Below are positions 40,562-49,401 of a stretch of DNA of 64,000 nt, piece by piece. Each line of letters begins with the position of its first letter. Within the stretch, counting starts at the first letter, position 1. A program made the position numbers and the translations under genes. The DNA comes from an uncultured Chitinophagales bacterium. Its GTDB lineage: Bacteria > Bacteroidota > Rhodothermia > Balneolales > HLUCCA01. The stretch is from contig CAYYPL010000001.1 of assembly GCA_964473555.1 (NCBI GenBank), forward strand, positions 146,630 through 210,629, read 5' to 3'. The notes beneath the pieces were generated by a model. That model was given only the letters and a program-made list of their open reading frames with translations. It ran no database searches and had not been told where the DNA came from.

Positions 40562-41035
40562 ATGAATCTTAAAAAAATTGGGTTATTGGCTGGGTTTATT
40601 ATGTTGCCGGTGCTCGTGGGGATTACAGCAAGTATAGCGACTCAAAGTAGTGTTGATACCTGGTACCTGACACTGGAAAAGCCGTTTTTTAATCCACCCA
40701 GCTGGTTATTTGCACCCGTTTGGACCACATTGTACATTTTGATGGGAGTCTCTGCCTTCCTGATCCACACACTGAGCCCCTCCGCGATGCGGACACTTGC
40801 CATGGATGTGTTCTACTTTCAGTTGTTTTTGAACTTCCTGTGGAGCTGGATGTTTTTCTGGTTCAGAAGTCCGTTATTTGGTTTGATGTGTATCGTTTTT
40901 TTGCTGGTCGTACTTATCGTGATGATCCGGCGCTTTTATGGGTTGAACAAAATTGCAGGACTCTTGCAGATTCCATACCTAATGTGGATATTATTTGCCA
41001 CTGGTTTAAACGCTGCCATCTATTACCTGAATTGA
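40562..41035 (+). CDS. tspO: TspO/MBR tryptophan-rich sensory protein
   Basis: 157 aa with five hydrophobic helices; KPxFxPPxWxFxPVWTxLY and Trp-rich segments. Confidence 0.88.
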   Translation: MNLKKIGLLAGFIMLPVLVGITASIATQSSVDTWYLTLEKPFFNPPSWLFAPVWTTLYILMGVSAFLIHTLSPSAMRTLAMDVFYFQLFLNFLWSWMFFWFRSPLFGLMCIVFLLVVLIVMIRRFYGLNKIAGLLQIPYLMWILFATGLNAAIYYLN

Positions 41036-41039
41036 TCTA

Positions 41040-41501
41040 TTGTTATCACGTAAGTCCATATCAATTATTCTGCTGACCCTGTTCTGCTGGATCGGATGTG
41101 AGCGTGCTTTAGCTCCTGAACCTGTAATTGAAGTGCAGGTAGCAGCAATTCAATATAAAGTTGGTGATCCCATAAATGTACGTGTCAGTAATCCAACATC
41201 CCGAACCTATTATATTCGCCGTTGTGGAAGTGTGAGTTACCGGTATGCAGTAGTGATGCGAAACACAGGACAGGAACCTGTTTTGGTCAAAAACGATCGA
41301 TGTAATTCGTTCAATCAGCAAATACTTCCGGTTGGTCCAGGTGAAGAGATTCAACTGGTCTTTGCTCTAACACTCAATCAGGATGCGCAGCTAACACCAG
41401 ATGCTTCATACCGGATTCAATTACATCTTTTCGACTCGACACGTGAGCTCATTCAGCCACCGGATAATGAATCCAATCAGTTTAGTTTAGTTCGTAACTA
41501 A
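41040..41501 (+). CDS. Hypothetical small lipoprotein
   Basis: TTG start 4 nt after the tspO stop. Lipobox LFCWIGC; the remainder looks like a beta-sandwich; no family recognised. Confidence 0.6.
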   Translation: MLSRKSISIILLTLFCWIGCERALAPEPVIEVQVAAIQYKVGDPINVRVSNPTSRTYYIRRCGSVSYRYAVVMRNTGQEPVLVKNDRCNSFNQQILPVGPGEEIQLVFALTLNQDAQLTPDASYRIQLHLFDSTRELIQPPDNESNQFSLVRN

Positions 41502-41517
41502 ACTGAGGAATATCAAA

Positions 41518-41548
41518 ACAGAACCAGGAGCCTGTTTCCTGGTTCTGT
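41518..41548. terminator. Strong hairpin between convergent genes (likely men-operon terminator, possibly bidirectional)
   Basis: Perfect 12-bp stem acagaaccagga/tcctggttctgt with a 7-nt loop. On the minus strand it is followed by ttttgatatt. Confidence 0.65.
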
Positions 41549-41619
41549 AAGTCTGGCCTGATTTTCATTCAGATGCTGTCGGGTTATTTACTTGATCCAG
41601 ACAACATCAAGGTACACCA

Positions 41620-42447
41620 TCAAGGCAGCCAGGGATATTTTTTGAAGTCTGGTTTGCGTTTTCCAACGTAAGCTTTTTTACCTTCCTGACCTTCTTCACT
41701 CATATAGTAGAGCATCGTGGCGTTGCCTGCGAGCTCCTGAATTCCAGCCTGACCGTCAAGGGCTGCATTGAATGCAGACTTTAAACAACGAATTGCAATG
41801 GGGCTCTTCTCCAGGATTTCACTGGCCCATTGAATGCCTTCGGCTTCGAGTTGATCAACAGGAACTACCTTGTTGACCAATCCCATATCCAATGCTTCCT
41901 GGGCGTTATATTGCCGGCATAAATACCATATTTCGCGTGCTTTTTTCTGTCCAATGATACTGGCAAGATAACTTGAACCAAAACCACCGTCAAAACTCCC
42001 TACTTTGGGACCGGTCTGGCCAAAAATTGCGTTATCTGCGGCAATCGTCAGGTCACAAATAACATGAAGTACGTGTCCTCCGCCAATGGCATATCCGGAA
42101 ACCAGTGCAATGACGGGTTTGGGCATCGTCCTGATCAATCTTTGCAGATCAAGTACATTGAGACGTGGTACGCCATCGTCACCGATGTATCCTGCATCTC
42201 CACGGATTTTTTGGTCACCGCCCGAACAAAAGGCATACTTTCCATCCTTAGCAGGACCTTCACCAGTGAGCAATACTACACCGATAGAAGTATCTTCGCG
42301 TGCATCAGCAAAGGCATCATACATTTCAAATATGGTCCGTGGGCGAAAGGCGTTACGTACTTCAGGTCGGTTGAATGCGATCCGGGCAATTCCTTCAGAC
42401 TTTTTATAGGTGATGTCCTGATATTCTTTAACGGTTGTCCAGTTCAT
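41620..42447 (-). CDS. menB: 1,4-dihydroxy-2-naphthoyl-CoA synthase
   Basis: Crotonase fold with FCSGGDQK and the conserved MenB C-terminus ...[13 protein letters not shown]. Confidence 0.95.
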   Translation of the reverse strand: MNWTTVKEYQDITYKKSEGIARIAFNRPEVRNAFRPRTIFEMYDAFADAREDTSIGVVLLTGEGPAKDGKYAFCSGGDQKIRGDAGYIGDDGVPRLNVLDLQRLIRTMPKPVIALVSGYAIGGGHVLHVICDLTIAADNAIFGQTGPKVGSFDGGFGSSYLASIIGQKKAREIWYLCRQYNAQEALDMGLVNKVVPVDQLEAEGIQWASEILEKSPIAIRCLKSAFNAALDGQAGIQELAGNATMLYYMSEEGQEGKKAYVGKRKPDFKKYPWLP

Positions 42448-42458
42448 AGTTAATGATT

Positions 42459-43283
42459 TTAGTGTTGAGATTTGATGTAATGTATTAATTCTTTTGACAA
42501 CAAGTCAGGCTGATCCAGGTGGATGCGGTGTCCGGCATCAGCAATTCGAACGTGATCGATGCCGGTATACTTGCCTGAAAGTTCACTCCACATGGTGTCG
42601 TATTTATTATCAAGTACACCTGTGAGTACCAGAACGGGATAAGGAAGTTGTGTCAGTTGTTCAGGCGTAATTGGTAGCTCCAAGCCGGGGCTCATACTCT
42701 CGAGACAGATGGATAATAATCCCGAATCCTGAGATTGCTGTATCGATTCGAACTTTAATATAGCCTTGCTTTTCTTAAGTCCGCCTGAATGAAACAATGG
42801 AAGTCGGTTCCAGCTTTTGAAAAACGAGGCGGGATCAGTCCGAAGTTTTCTGGCAAGATTTCGGTCATCCTGGATTCGCTGCAATCGGTCAGATTCCGTT
42901 AGAATACCCAATTGTGCGCTTTCAAGAATAAGTCCTTTGAGCTGAATGTGGGTTTGGGTAGCCAGACGCAAAGCAATCCTACCTCCCATACTATATCCGT
43001 ACAGCAACGGGCAATCCAGTTTTAGGGTTGCAAACACCTCCGATAAGTGGTGTATCTGTGCCTGAATGTTAAACAACTGTGGATTGGCCGGGGACGTTGT
43101 CAATCCATGACCGGGCAAGTCAATTAACACAGTTGAAATGTTCGATTCTAGTAAACGCTCGGAAATATGGCTGAATACCTCGCCGCTACCACCAAAACCG
43201 TGGATCATTACCAGGGTTTTGGTACCTGTCGAAGCTTTGTTCAGCCTTACATGGTATTCGATATGGCCAACTTGAACAAACAT
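42459..43283 (-). CDS. menH: Alpha/beta hydrolase, probable SHCHC synthase
   Basis: HGFGGS and the nucleophile elbow GYSMGG. Its position between menD and menB supports the MenH assignment. Confidence 0.78.
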   Translation of the reverse strand: MFVQVGHIEYHVRLNKASTGTKTLVMIHGFGGSGEVFSHISERLLESNISTVLIDLPGHGLTTSPANPQLFNIQAQIHHLSEVFATLKLDCPLLYGYSMGGRIALRLATQTHIQLKGLILESAQLGILTESDRLQRIQDDRNLARKLRTDPASFFKSWNRLPLFHSGGLKKSKAILKFESIQQSQDSGLLSICLESMSPGLELPITPEQLTQLPYPVLVLTGVLDNKYDTMWSELSGKYTGIDHVRIADAGHRIHLDQPDLLSKELIHYIKSQH

Positions 43284-43284
43284 G

Positions 43285-44988
43285 TCAGTCCCACAGGGCT
43301 TTTCGTAGCATCATCGATGCCTGTTGGTCAGTCACACACTCAATCAGTTGATATCGTTGTGAAGAGGACAAGGCTTCTTTCAGTTGTACATTCGTCGTGA
43401 CTTTAATGGAAGCAAGACCGGCGGCTGTTGCCAAAGCATGGGCATCGATATGCTGTGAGGTTCTGAAAAAGGGGTCAAAATAGCTGGAATCTGCGATGGG
43501 TAACATTTCAAAAATACCACCTCCATTGTTGTTGATTACAATAACCCGGAGTTGTGATTTGAGGTTTTTTAGTGCAACGATGGCCGATAAATCATGAATG
43601 AAGGCAAGGTCTCCGGTGAGTAATGTAACTGGCGCTGAGCTGACCAATGATACCCCTAAGGCAGTGGAAATCAATCCATCAATGCCTGATGCACCCCGAT
43701 TCATGAAAATTTTCCGAGATGTTAGCCTCTTGTCACCAAATGAGTCAATGTCTCTTGCTGGAAAAGAGTTTGATACGAACAAAATTTCACCTTCCTCTAT
43801 CGAATCTGATAGAACACCGTATACATCACCGTCCCGAAGTGTCAATCCCTCGGACAAGAGGGCTATACGTCGTTTGGTAATGACATCGCCATGAGTTACC
43901 CAGGTTTTCAACCAAGAGGGATTTGAAGGTGGGTAAAGATGGTGTAAATCGGAAAAACGTGCACCTTTGGGTATCTGAACCAGGATTTCGGGAGCAAATG
44001 TACTGTTGCTCCATGATAATCGTTCGCTAAAACGTATTACTGGTACCTGTTGATGGACTTTTAAAAAGTTGAGCAACCCCTTGCCCACAGGTTCGTCCCC
44101 AAATCGGATGATCAGATCGGGTGTCAATTCGCTGCATGTATCCAAATTCCTGAGGAAGGTGTTAGCGCCGTCGATGTAGGTGCTTAATGCCGATAAATCG
44201 GGACCCAATGAACCTGCTTCGGCCAGAATCGGGACTCCAGCTGCACTAAAATTACGAACAAGATTTATCGTCGATGGGTATCTGATGCCACTGGTTGTGA
44301 TGACTACAGGTGCGGTAGAACGGCAAATCAGCGAATAGACAGCTGGGTCCAGAGTAAAATCGTACTCTGGGCTTGAGATTCTGTAGGTCTGTCCCAGGTT
44401 TTTTTGATAGAAGGCCGAAAGGTCATTCAAAAAGTCACTTGTTGGTTCCAGTGGTTTTCGAAATGGGAAATTCAAGTGAGCACATCCCCCTTTTTGAACA
44501 GACTCCGTCCATGCCTGATGTGCCAGATATTCCAGTCTGGAGGTATCCCGTGGGTCATTATTCCTCGGTTTTACCTGGGCAAAAAAGACGGCTTTGTTTC
44601 CGAACAGATTCAACTGATCGATCCACTGATTTGCCCCGGTGTTCATTTCATTGAAATCTCTGTCAGCACTTAGAACCAGCATGGGGAGTCCGGCTTTTTG
44701 TGCTTCTGCTACCGCAGGAAAGTAATTGGCCGCAGCTGTACCCGATGTGCAGACCAGTGCAGCAGGCTTTCCACTGGCGGAGGCGATTCCAAGTGCGATA
44801 AAAGCTGCTGAACGCTCATCGATACAAACATGTGAAGTGATTCGAGGATGAGCAGCAAAAGCAAGAGTCAGGGGAGTAGATCGAGATCCTGGTGAAATGA
44901 TTACATGTTCAAGGCCATTGGCAACCAACGTCCTGACCACAACAGCAGCGTGATACGTCTGAATGTTTTGGAGGTCGATATCAGGCAT
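43285..44988 (-). CDS. menD: SEPHCHC synthase (2-succinyl-5-enolpyruvyl-6-hydroxy-3-cyclohexene-1-carboxylate synthase)
   Basis: ThDP-enzyme architecture with a GSRSTPL N-terminal motif and the ThDP-binding GDLAFIHD...NNNGGGIF. Confidence 0.92.
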   Translation of the reverse strand: MPDIDLQNIQTYHAAVVVRTLVANGLEHVIISPGSRSTPLTLAFAAHPRITSHVCIDERSAAFIALGIASASGKPAALVCTSGTAAANYFPAVAEAQKAGLPMLVLSADRDFNEMNTGANQWIDQLNLFGNKAVFFAQVKPRNNDPRDTSRLEYLAHQAWTESVQKGGCAHLNFPFRKPLEPTSDFLNDLSAFYQKNLGQTYRISSPEYDFTLDPAVYSLICRSTAPVVITTSGIRYPSTINLVRNFSAAGVPILAEAGSLGPDLSALSTYIDGANTFLRNLDTCSELTPDLIIRFGDEPVGKGLLNFLKVHQQVPVIRFSERLSWSNSTFAPEILVQIPKGARFSDLHHLYPPSNPSWLKTWVTHGDVITKRRIALLSEGLTLRDGDVYGVLSDSIEEGEILFVSNSFPARDIDSFGDKRLTSRKIFMNRGASGIDGLISTALGVSLVSSAPVTLLTGDLAFIHDLSAIVALKNLKSQLRVIVINNNGGGIFEMLPIADSSYFDPFFRTSQHIDAHALATAAGLASIKVTTNVQLKEALSSSQRYQLIECVTDQQASMMLRKALWD

Positions 44989-46477
44989 GGTGTAGCGCAG
45001 ACAGCATCGGTATGAGTTTCAGGTTGGTTTCCTGAAGTTCAGTTTCCGGATCGGAATCACTAACAATTCCACAACCGGCAAAGAACCTGGCCTGATTTTG
45101 AATCAATAATCCGCTTCTGATCCCTACGCAAAACTCTCCGCGCCCGTGTGTGTTCAACCAGCCAACTGGTCCGGCATACCAGCCTCGATCTATTCGTTCA
45201 AGTGGTTGAATATGGGGTAGTGTTACCTCTCGGGGATATCCACCCACAGCGGGAGTTGGATGCAATTTTTCAAGAATTTCGAGTGGTGACACATCCTTAT
45301 TCAACGATGCAGTAATCGGGGTGTACAAATGCTGAACATTGTTGTACTTGCGGATTCCTGGCTGGACAGGGTAAGTGATGTTGTGTGTGACGTCGCGCAA
45401 TCGACTGCCTATAGCCTCCACTACAAAGCCATGCTCACTCAAATCCTTTTCACTTTGAAGGAGTTTTCGTTCCAAAATGGTGTCTTCAGTCGCCGTTTTA
45501 CCGCGTGAAATCGTTCCGGCAAGACCATCTGTTAACATGAACGAGGAACGAAGGGCGACCAGTTTCTCTGGTGTTGATCCAAGGAACGTGGCATATTTGT
45601 TCATGCGTATCATAAAGGTGTAGCACGTTGGATATTCCCGTCTGAGATAATTCAGCATTTGGGTTGCCTCCGGGTTCCCATTCAGCTTCATGGTGACTTC
45701 ACGTGCAAGTACAATTTTCTTGAATTCTCCGGCTTTGATACGTTCCCTTGCTTCACGAATACTCGACATAAATCGTTCTGAGCTTGAATGACTTCCTGGT
45801 ACTTCCGGATGAATGGCCTCGTTGATACCAGCGTACGGGTTGCTATTCTCGGATCTGTTGAAGGATCTGATACGCTCAACCACATCATGGATCAGATTCC
45901 TGATCTCATCAAGTAGCGAAGATACCGTATGGTGGATATTGACCTTAACGGCTGTCGTGAGAAGCGAGAGTTGTCCGTCGCGTATAATGATCCATTCAGG
46001 GACGACAAATGCTGCCGTTCCAAAACTCTTCCAATGGTGCACCTGAGGCTGATCCTGAAATGAAAACCCACCCAGGAAATACAGTCCGGATAGACTGTGA
46101 GTGAGGCTACTGAAAGAAATGGTACGTTGTTTCCAGGAATCGATCTGTTTCTGGACGATGCTAAATCGATCTCTTTGATTGGTTCTGATCCGGACTACTT
46201 CTTTTCCGGCTGATAGTGCAAGATTTTCGTCCGGATGTTCCCAGAAATACTGAAAATCATTTGGTTCAGAAAGAAACTCCAGTGCTGCGAGTGGATCAAT
46301 GCGCTCGAATGGTATTGTGACGGTAAAAAGATGTGCTTTGTTGGTTAAACGTGTGCTGCCACAAACCAATGAGATTTTATCGATCAGGTCAGTGGTCTCG
46401 ATGAGCATCGAAGTCAGGTCATCGGTAGTGACGGAGTCGTTGTATAGATCAAAAATATGTGGGGGCATATCAATCAT
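44981..46477 (-). CDS. menF: Isochorismate synthase
   Basis: Chorismate-binding domain motifs GSTPEKL, HPTPAVGG and GWYAGPVGW. 8-nt overlap with the menD start. Confidence 0.88.
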   Translation of the reverse strand: MIDMPPHIFDLYNDSVTTDDLTSMLIETTDLIDKISLVCGSTRLTNKAHLFTVTIPFERIDPLAALEFLSEPNDFQYFWEHPDENLALSAGKEVVRIRTNQRDRFSIVQKQIDSWKQRTISFSSLTHSLSGLYFLGGFSFQDQPQVHHWKSFGTAAFVVPEWIIIRDGQLSLLTTAVKVNIHHTVSSLLDEIRNLIHDVVERIRSFNRSENSNPYAGINEAIHPEVPGSHSSSERFMSSIREARERIKAGEFKKIVLAREVTMKLNGNPEATQMLNYLRREYPTCYTFMIRMNKYATFLGSTPEKLVALRSSFMLTDGLAGTISRGKTATEDTILERKLLQSEKDLSEHGFVVEAIGSRLRDVTHNITYPVQPGIRKYNNVQHLYTPITASLNKDVSPLEILEKLHPTPAVGGYPREVTLPHIQPLERIDRGWYAGPVGWLNTHGRGEFCVGIRSGLLIQNQARFFAGCGIVSDSDPETELQETNLKLIPMLSALHHA

Positions 46478-46488
46478 GGGGTAAATAT

Positions 46489-46516
46489 TGAACTTTCAAT
46501 ATAAATTGAAAGTTCA
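46489..46516. promoter_or_regulatory. Perfect 12-bp inverted repeat just upstream of the menF start (operator or terminator candidate)
   Basis: tgaactttcaat ataa attgaaagttca. It lies 12 nt upstream of the menF ATG (46477) and about 100 nt downstream of the preceding minus-strand gene. Confidence 0.4.
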
Positions 46517-46618
46517 TAAATGTCCATACTTCAATGCGTTGCAAACCAAAAAATATTTGGGAGTGGGGTAGTGTTTCACTGATTGGAACTCAATGAATCA
46601 TAAGAACTTCCCTGTTCG

Positions 46619-46894
46619 TTACCTGGCGTCGTCGATTTCTCCGGTTTCGAATGGATTATGAATTCCATAGTCGCGTGGATTATAGTCGGCCATAGAGAAG
46701 AGGTGATCCCAGGCGGCTTTGCTGCTTCCGGTTGAATCTACCCAATTGATGTGACTTTGTTTGATGAGCCCAACGATACGCTTTGCATAAGCAATGCGTT
46801 CTTCGAGGTCATAAATTCGTGGAAGGGCTTCGATCATCAGATCCAGATTGTAGCCACAATCGTAATCTTTTGGTTTTTTTGTAGGTAGAAACAT
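46619..46894 (-). CDS. Small hypothetical protein, DUF4290-like (N-terminal half only)
   Basis: 91 aa. The pattern IYDLEERIAYAKRIVGLI...AAWDHLFSMADYN resembles, from memory, the N-terminal half of Bacteroidota DUF4290 proteins. An in-frame stop four codons upstream of the ATG (complement of 46907-46909) excludes a longer form. Confidence 0.45.
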   Translation of the reverse strand: MFLPTKKPKDYDCGYNLDLMIEALPRIYDLEERIAYAKRIVGLIKQSHINWVDSTGSSKAAWDHLFSMADYNPRDYGIHNPFETGEIDDAR

Positions 46895-47020
46895 AGTTGA
46901 TTTGATTTAGGTACAAAGATACGATTTTAAAATAACTTGTAATGGAATTGAATCAACAAGTGGAAATTATTCAGCCGGAAAATGACTATTTTAACCTCGA
47001 TAATAAAAAAATATTTCATT

Positions 47021-48004
47021 ATGTGGTATACATCTATTCTGGAAACAATTGGGAACACTCCGTTAATCAAGTTAAATCGTGTTGTTGGAGACCTCAAACC
47101 TACTGTTCTGGTAAAAGTGGAGTATTTCAATCCTGGAAACAGTATCAAGGACAGAATCGCGATTAAAATGATTGAAGATGCTGAAAAAGAAGGGAAGATT
47201 ACTCAAGGTGCCACGATTATTGAGGGAACCAGTGGTAACACGGGAATGGGTTTGGCCATTGTGGCTGCACAACGTGGATACAAATGTATATTTACAACCA
47301 CTGACAAACAAAGCCAGGAAAAAGTGGATATGCTTAAAGCGCTCGGTGCTGAAGTCATTGTGTGTCCATCACAGGTTGATCCCGAAGATCCGCGCAGTTA
47401 TTATTCCGTAGCAAAGAGGTTAAGTACTGAAATCCCGAACTCTTTTTATCCGAACCAATACGATAACAAAAGCAATACTCAGGCTCACTATGAGAGTACG
47501 GGACCTGAAATCTGGCAACAAACTGAGGGGAAAATAACCCATTATGTTGCAGGGATGGGTACAGGAGGGACCATAACCGGGGTTGCCAAGTATCTGAAAG
47601 AGCAAAATCCACAGATCAAAGTGGTAGGTGTCGATTCTATCGGATCAGTATATACATCCTATTTTGAAACCGGAATCTTCGACAAGACTCAAATCGCTCC
47701 CTACATCACTGAGGGCATCGGTGAGGACATCATCCCCGGCAATATTGATTTTCAGTACGTGGATGCGGTGATTCAATGTCCGGATAAGGAAGCTATGCTC
47801 ATGACACGTGATTTGGCTCGAAAGGAAGGCCTTTTCATTGGTGGTTCATGCGGGGCAGCAGTATGGGGAGCGTTAACCTATGCAAAGCAGCATAACCTAT
47901 CTGAAAATGAAGTTATCGTGGTGATACTTCCAGACAGTGGTTCCCGATATGTGTCCAAGATCTACAATGATGAATGGATGCGTAAAAACGGATTTATGGA
48001 TTAA
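47021..48004 (+). CDS. PLP-dependent cysteine synthase / cystathionine beta-synthase family enzyme
   Basis: ILETIGNTPLIKL, PLP lysine in SIKDRIA, GTSGNTG and GTGGT motifs. The longest ORF starts at 46982. The ATG at 47021 fits the family N-terminus and has an A-rich leader. Confidence 0.88.
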   Translation: MWYTSILETIGNTPLIKLNRVVGDLKPTVLVKVEYFNPGNSIKDRIAIKMIEDAEKEGKITQGATIIEGTSGNTGMGLAIVAAQRGYKCIFTTTDKQSQEKVDMLKALGAEVIVCPSQVDPEDPRSYYSVAKRLSTEIPNSFYPNQYDNKSNTQAHYESTGPEIWQQTEGKITHYVAGMGTGGTITGVAKYLKEQNPQIKVVGVDSIGSVYTSYFETGIFDKTQIAPYITEGIGEDIIPGNIDFQYVDAVIQCPDKEAMLMTRDLARKEGLFIGGSCGAAVWGALTYAKQHNLSENEVIVVILPDSGSRYVSKIYNDEWMRKNGFMD

Positions 48005-48018
48005 CCAGACCTAAGAAC

Positions 48019-48324
48019 ATGGATAACAAACAAAAACAACTCGAAATTGAATTATCGGCTGACGAAGCACAAGGAACCTATTCCAATCTGGCGATGATTA
48101 CCCATTCTGCTTCCGAGTTCATCATTGATTTCATCGCAGTGATGCCCGGACTACCCAAGGCCAAGGTCGTCAAACGAATGATACTAACACCAGATCATGC
48201 TAAAAGGCTTTCCGGTGCCCTGTATGATAACGTTAAGCGATACGAAGAGCAGCACGGGAAGATTGACACAAAGGATAAACCTGAAATCCCATTCAATTTC
48301 CGTGGTCCTATTCCGGAGGCATGA
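48019..48324 (+). CDS. DUF3467 family protein
   Basis: 101 aa. GTYSNLAMITHSASEFIIDFIAVMPGLPKAKVVKRMILTPDHAKRL matches the conserved DUF3467 core as I recall it. Confidence 0.75.
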   Translation: MDNKQKQLEIELSADEAQGTYSNLAMITHSASEFIIDFIAVMPGLPKAKVVKRMILTPDHAKRLSGALYDNVKRYEEQHGKIDTKDKPEIPFNFRGPIPEA

Positions 48325-48325
48325 A

Positions 48326-49396
48326 CTATTTGGGTGTTTTGATGAGAATACCGACTGCGATGATGAAGAATAAACCATGGGGAATCAGTGCTGCAATCAG
48401 TGGGTCAATACTCCCTGCGGCACCGAATGGCTCGATGATTTTCATTAAAGCAAGATATAAAAAGCTGATGGCAAGTCCTGAACCAAGGATAAACCCGGTG
48501 CCGCTTGAGCGTTTCACCGAAGCCAACGACACACCCAGAATCGTGACAATCACAATGGAAAGCGGATAAAATAGCTTACTATAGAACTGAATTTTCGGTA
48601 ATTCAACACTTCCAGCTCCTATGCGTTTCAAAGAATCTATATACTCCAAAATTTCAGGATACGTCAGTTGAAACACATCGGATGTGGTTCTGGCCAAGTC
48701 CCGTGGAAGTAAGGTAAGCAGGGTGTCGATCTGTGCGATCTGGACTTCCTTGTATCCTGTTGACGTCATGTTTCGTCTGGTAACATTAAACAGCTTCCAT
48801 ACACTCAGCGAGTCGTCATATTGCATTCGGCCAACATCAATCGTTTCGATTACTTTGGTTTTGTCAAATCGGAAGAGTTGCATTCGGTATCCAACCTGTT
48901 CATCCGGGGCGTAGTAATTGATGCTAATCAGGGTATTGGGTGACTCTTGCCGATATATTTTATTGGTATCCACCCGGTCCGAGGATGTCATCAGATATTG
49001 TCGTTCGAATGCGATACGGTGCTTATTCGCACCCGGGACAACAAATCCATCCAGATAACTCACAATTCCGCCAGACACAACAGCAAACATCACAAATGGA
49101 AGCATTAGCCGGTATAAACTGACTCCGGCCGCTTTGAGCGCTGTTATTTCGAGCCGTTGAGCCATTTTGCCGGTGTGTAACAAACATGCGGTAAATACCG
49201 CAACCGGAAGCACCAATCGGATGATTTCGGGAATATATGGAATGTAGTAATCCATCCAAATTTGTTTGAAAGTAGCTCCACGGTCGGTGAAATCGTCCAC
49301 ATTTTCCGAAAAATGGACCAGGATGAAGATGAGAATCAGTAAAAACAACACCAGTAGGGTTACTGAAATCAGATTCCAGAGTATATGACGATCCAT
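48326..49396 (-). CDS. LptF/LptG family permease (YjgP/YjgQ), LptG-like
   Basis: Six predicted TM segments with a central periplasmic domain. The start is placed at MDRHILWNLI... (49396), 5 nt after the upstream stop. The longest ORF (49537) would overlap the upstream gene by 136 nt. Confidence 0.85.
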   Translation of the reverse strand: MDRHILWNLISVTLLVLFLLILIFILVHFSENVDDFTDRGATFKQIWMDYYIPYIPEIIRLVLPVAVFTACLLHTGKMAQRLEITALKAAGVSLYRLMLPFVMFAVVSGGIVSYLDGFVVPGANKHRIAFERQYLMTSSDRVDTNKIYRQESPNTLISINYYAPDEQVGYRMQLFRFDKTKVIETIDVGRMQYDDSLSVWKLFNVTRRNMTSTGYKEVQIAQIDTLLTLLPRDLARTTSDVFQLTYPEILEYIDSLKRIGAGSVELPKIQFYSKLFYPLSIVIVTILGVSLASVKRSSGTGFILGSGLAISFLYLALMKIIEPFGAAGSIDPLIAALIPHGLFFIIAVGILIKTPK

Positions 49397-49401
49397 TTTG
49401 T

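Noticed and set aside
40720-41076. 118-aa alternate-frame ORF across the tspO 3' half
   Set aside because: It lies out of frame inside the well-supported five-helix TspO gene, and nothing supports it independently.
42064-42453. 129-aa and 107-aa plus-strand ORFs antisense to menB
   Set aside because: They are fully embedded in a highly conserved menB gene and have no recognisable motifs. This is typical antisense shadow-ORF behaviour.
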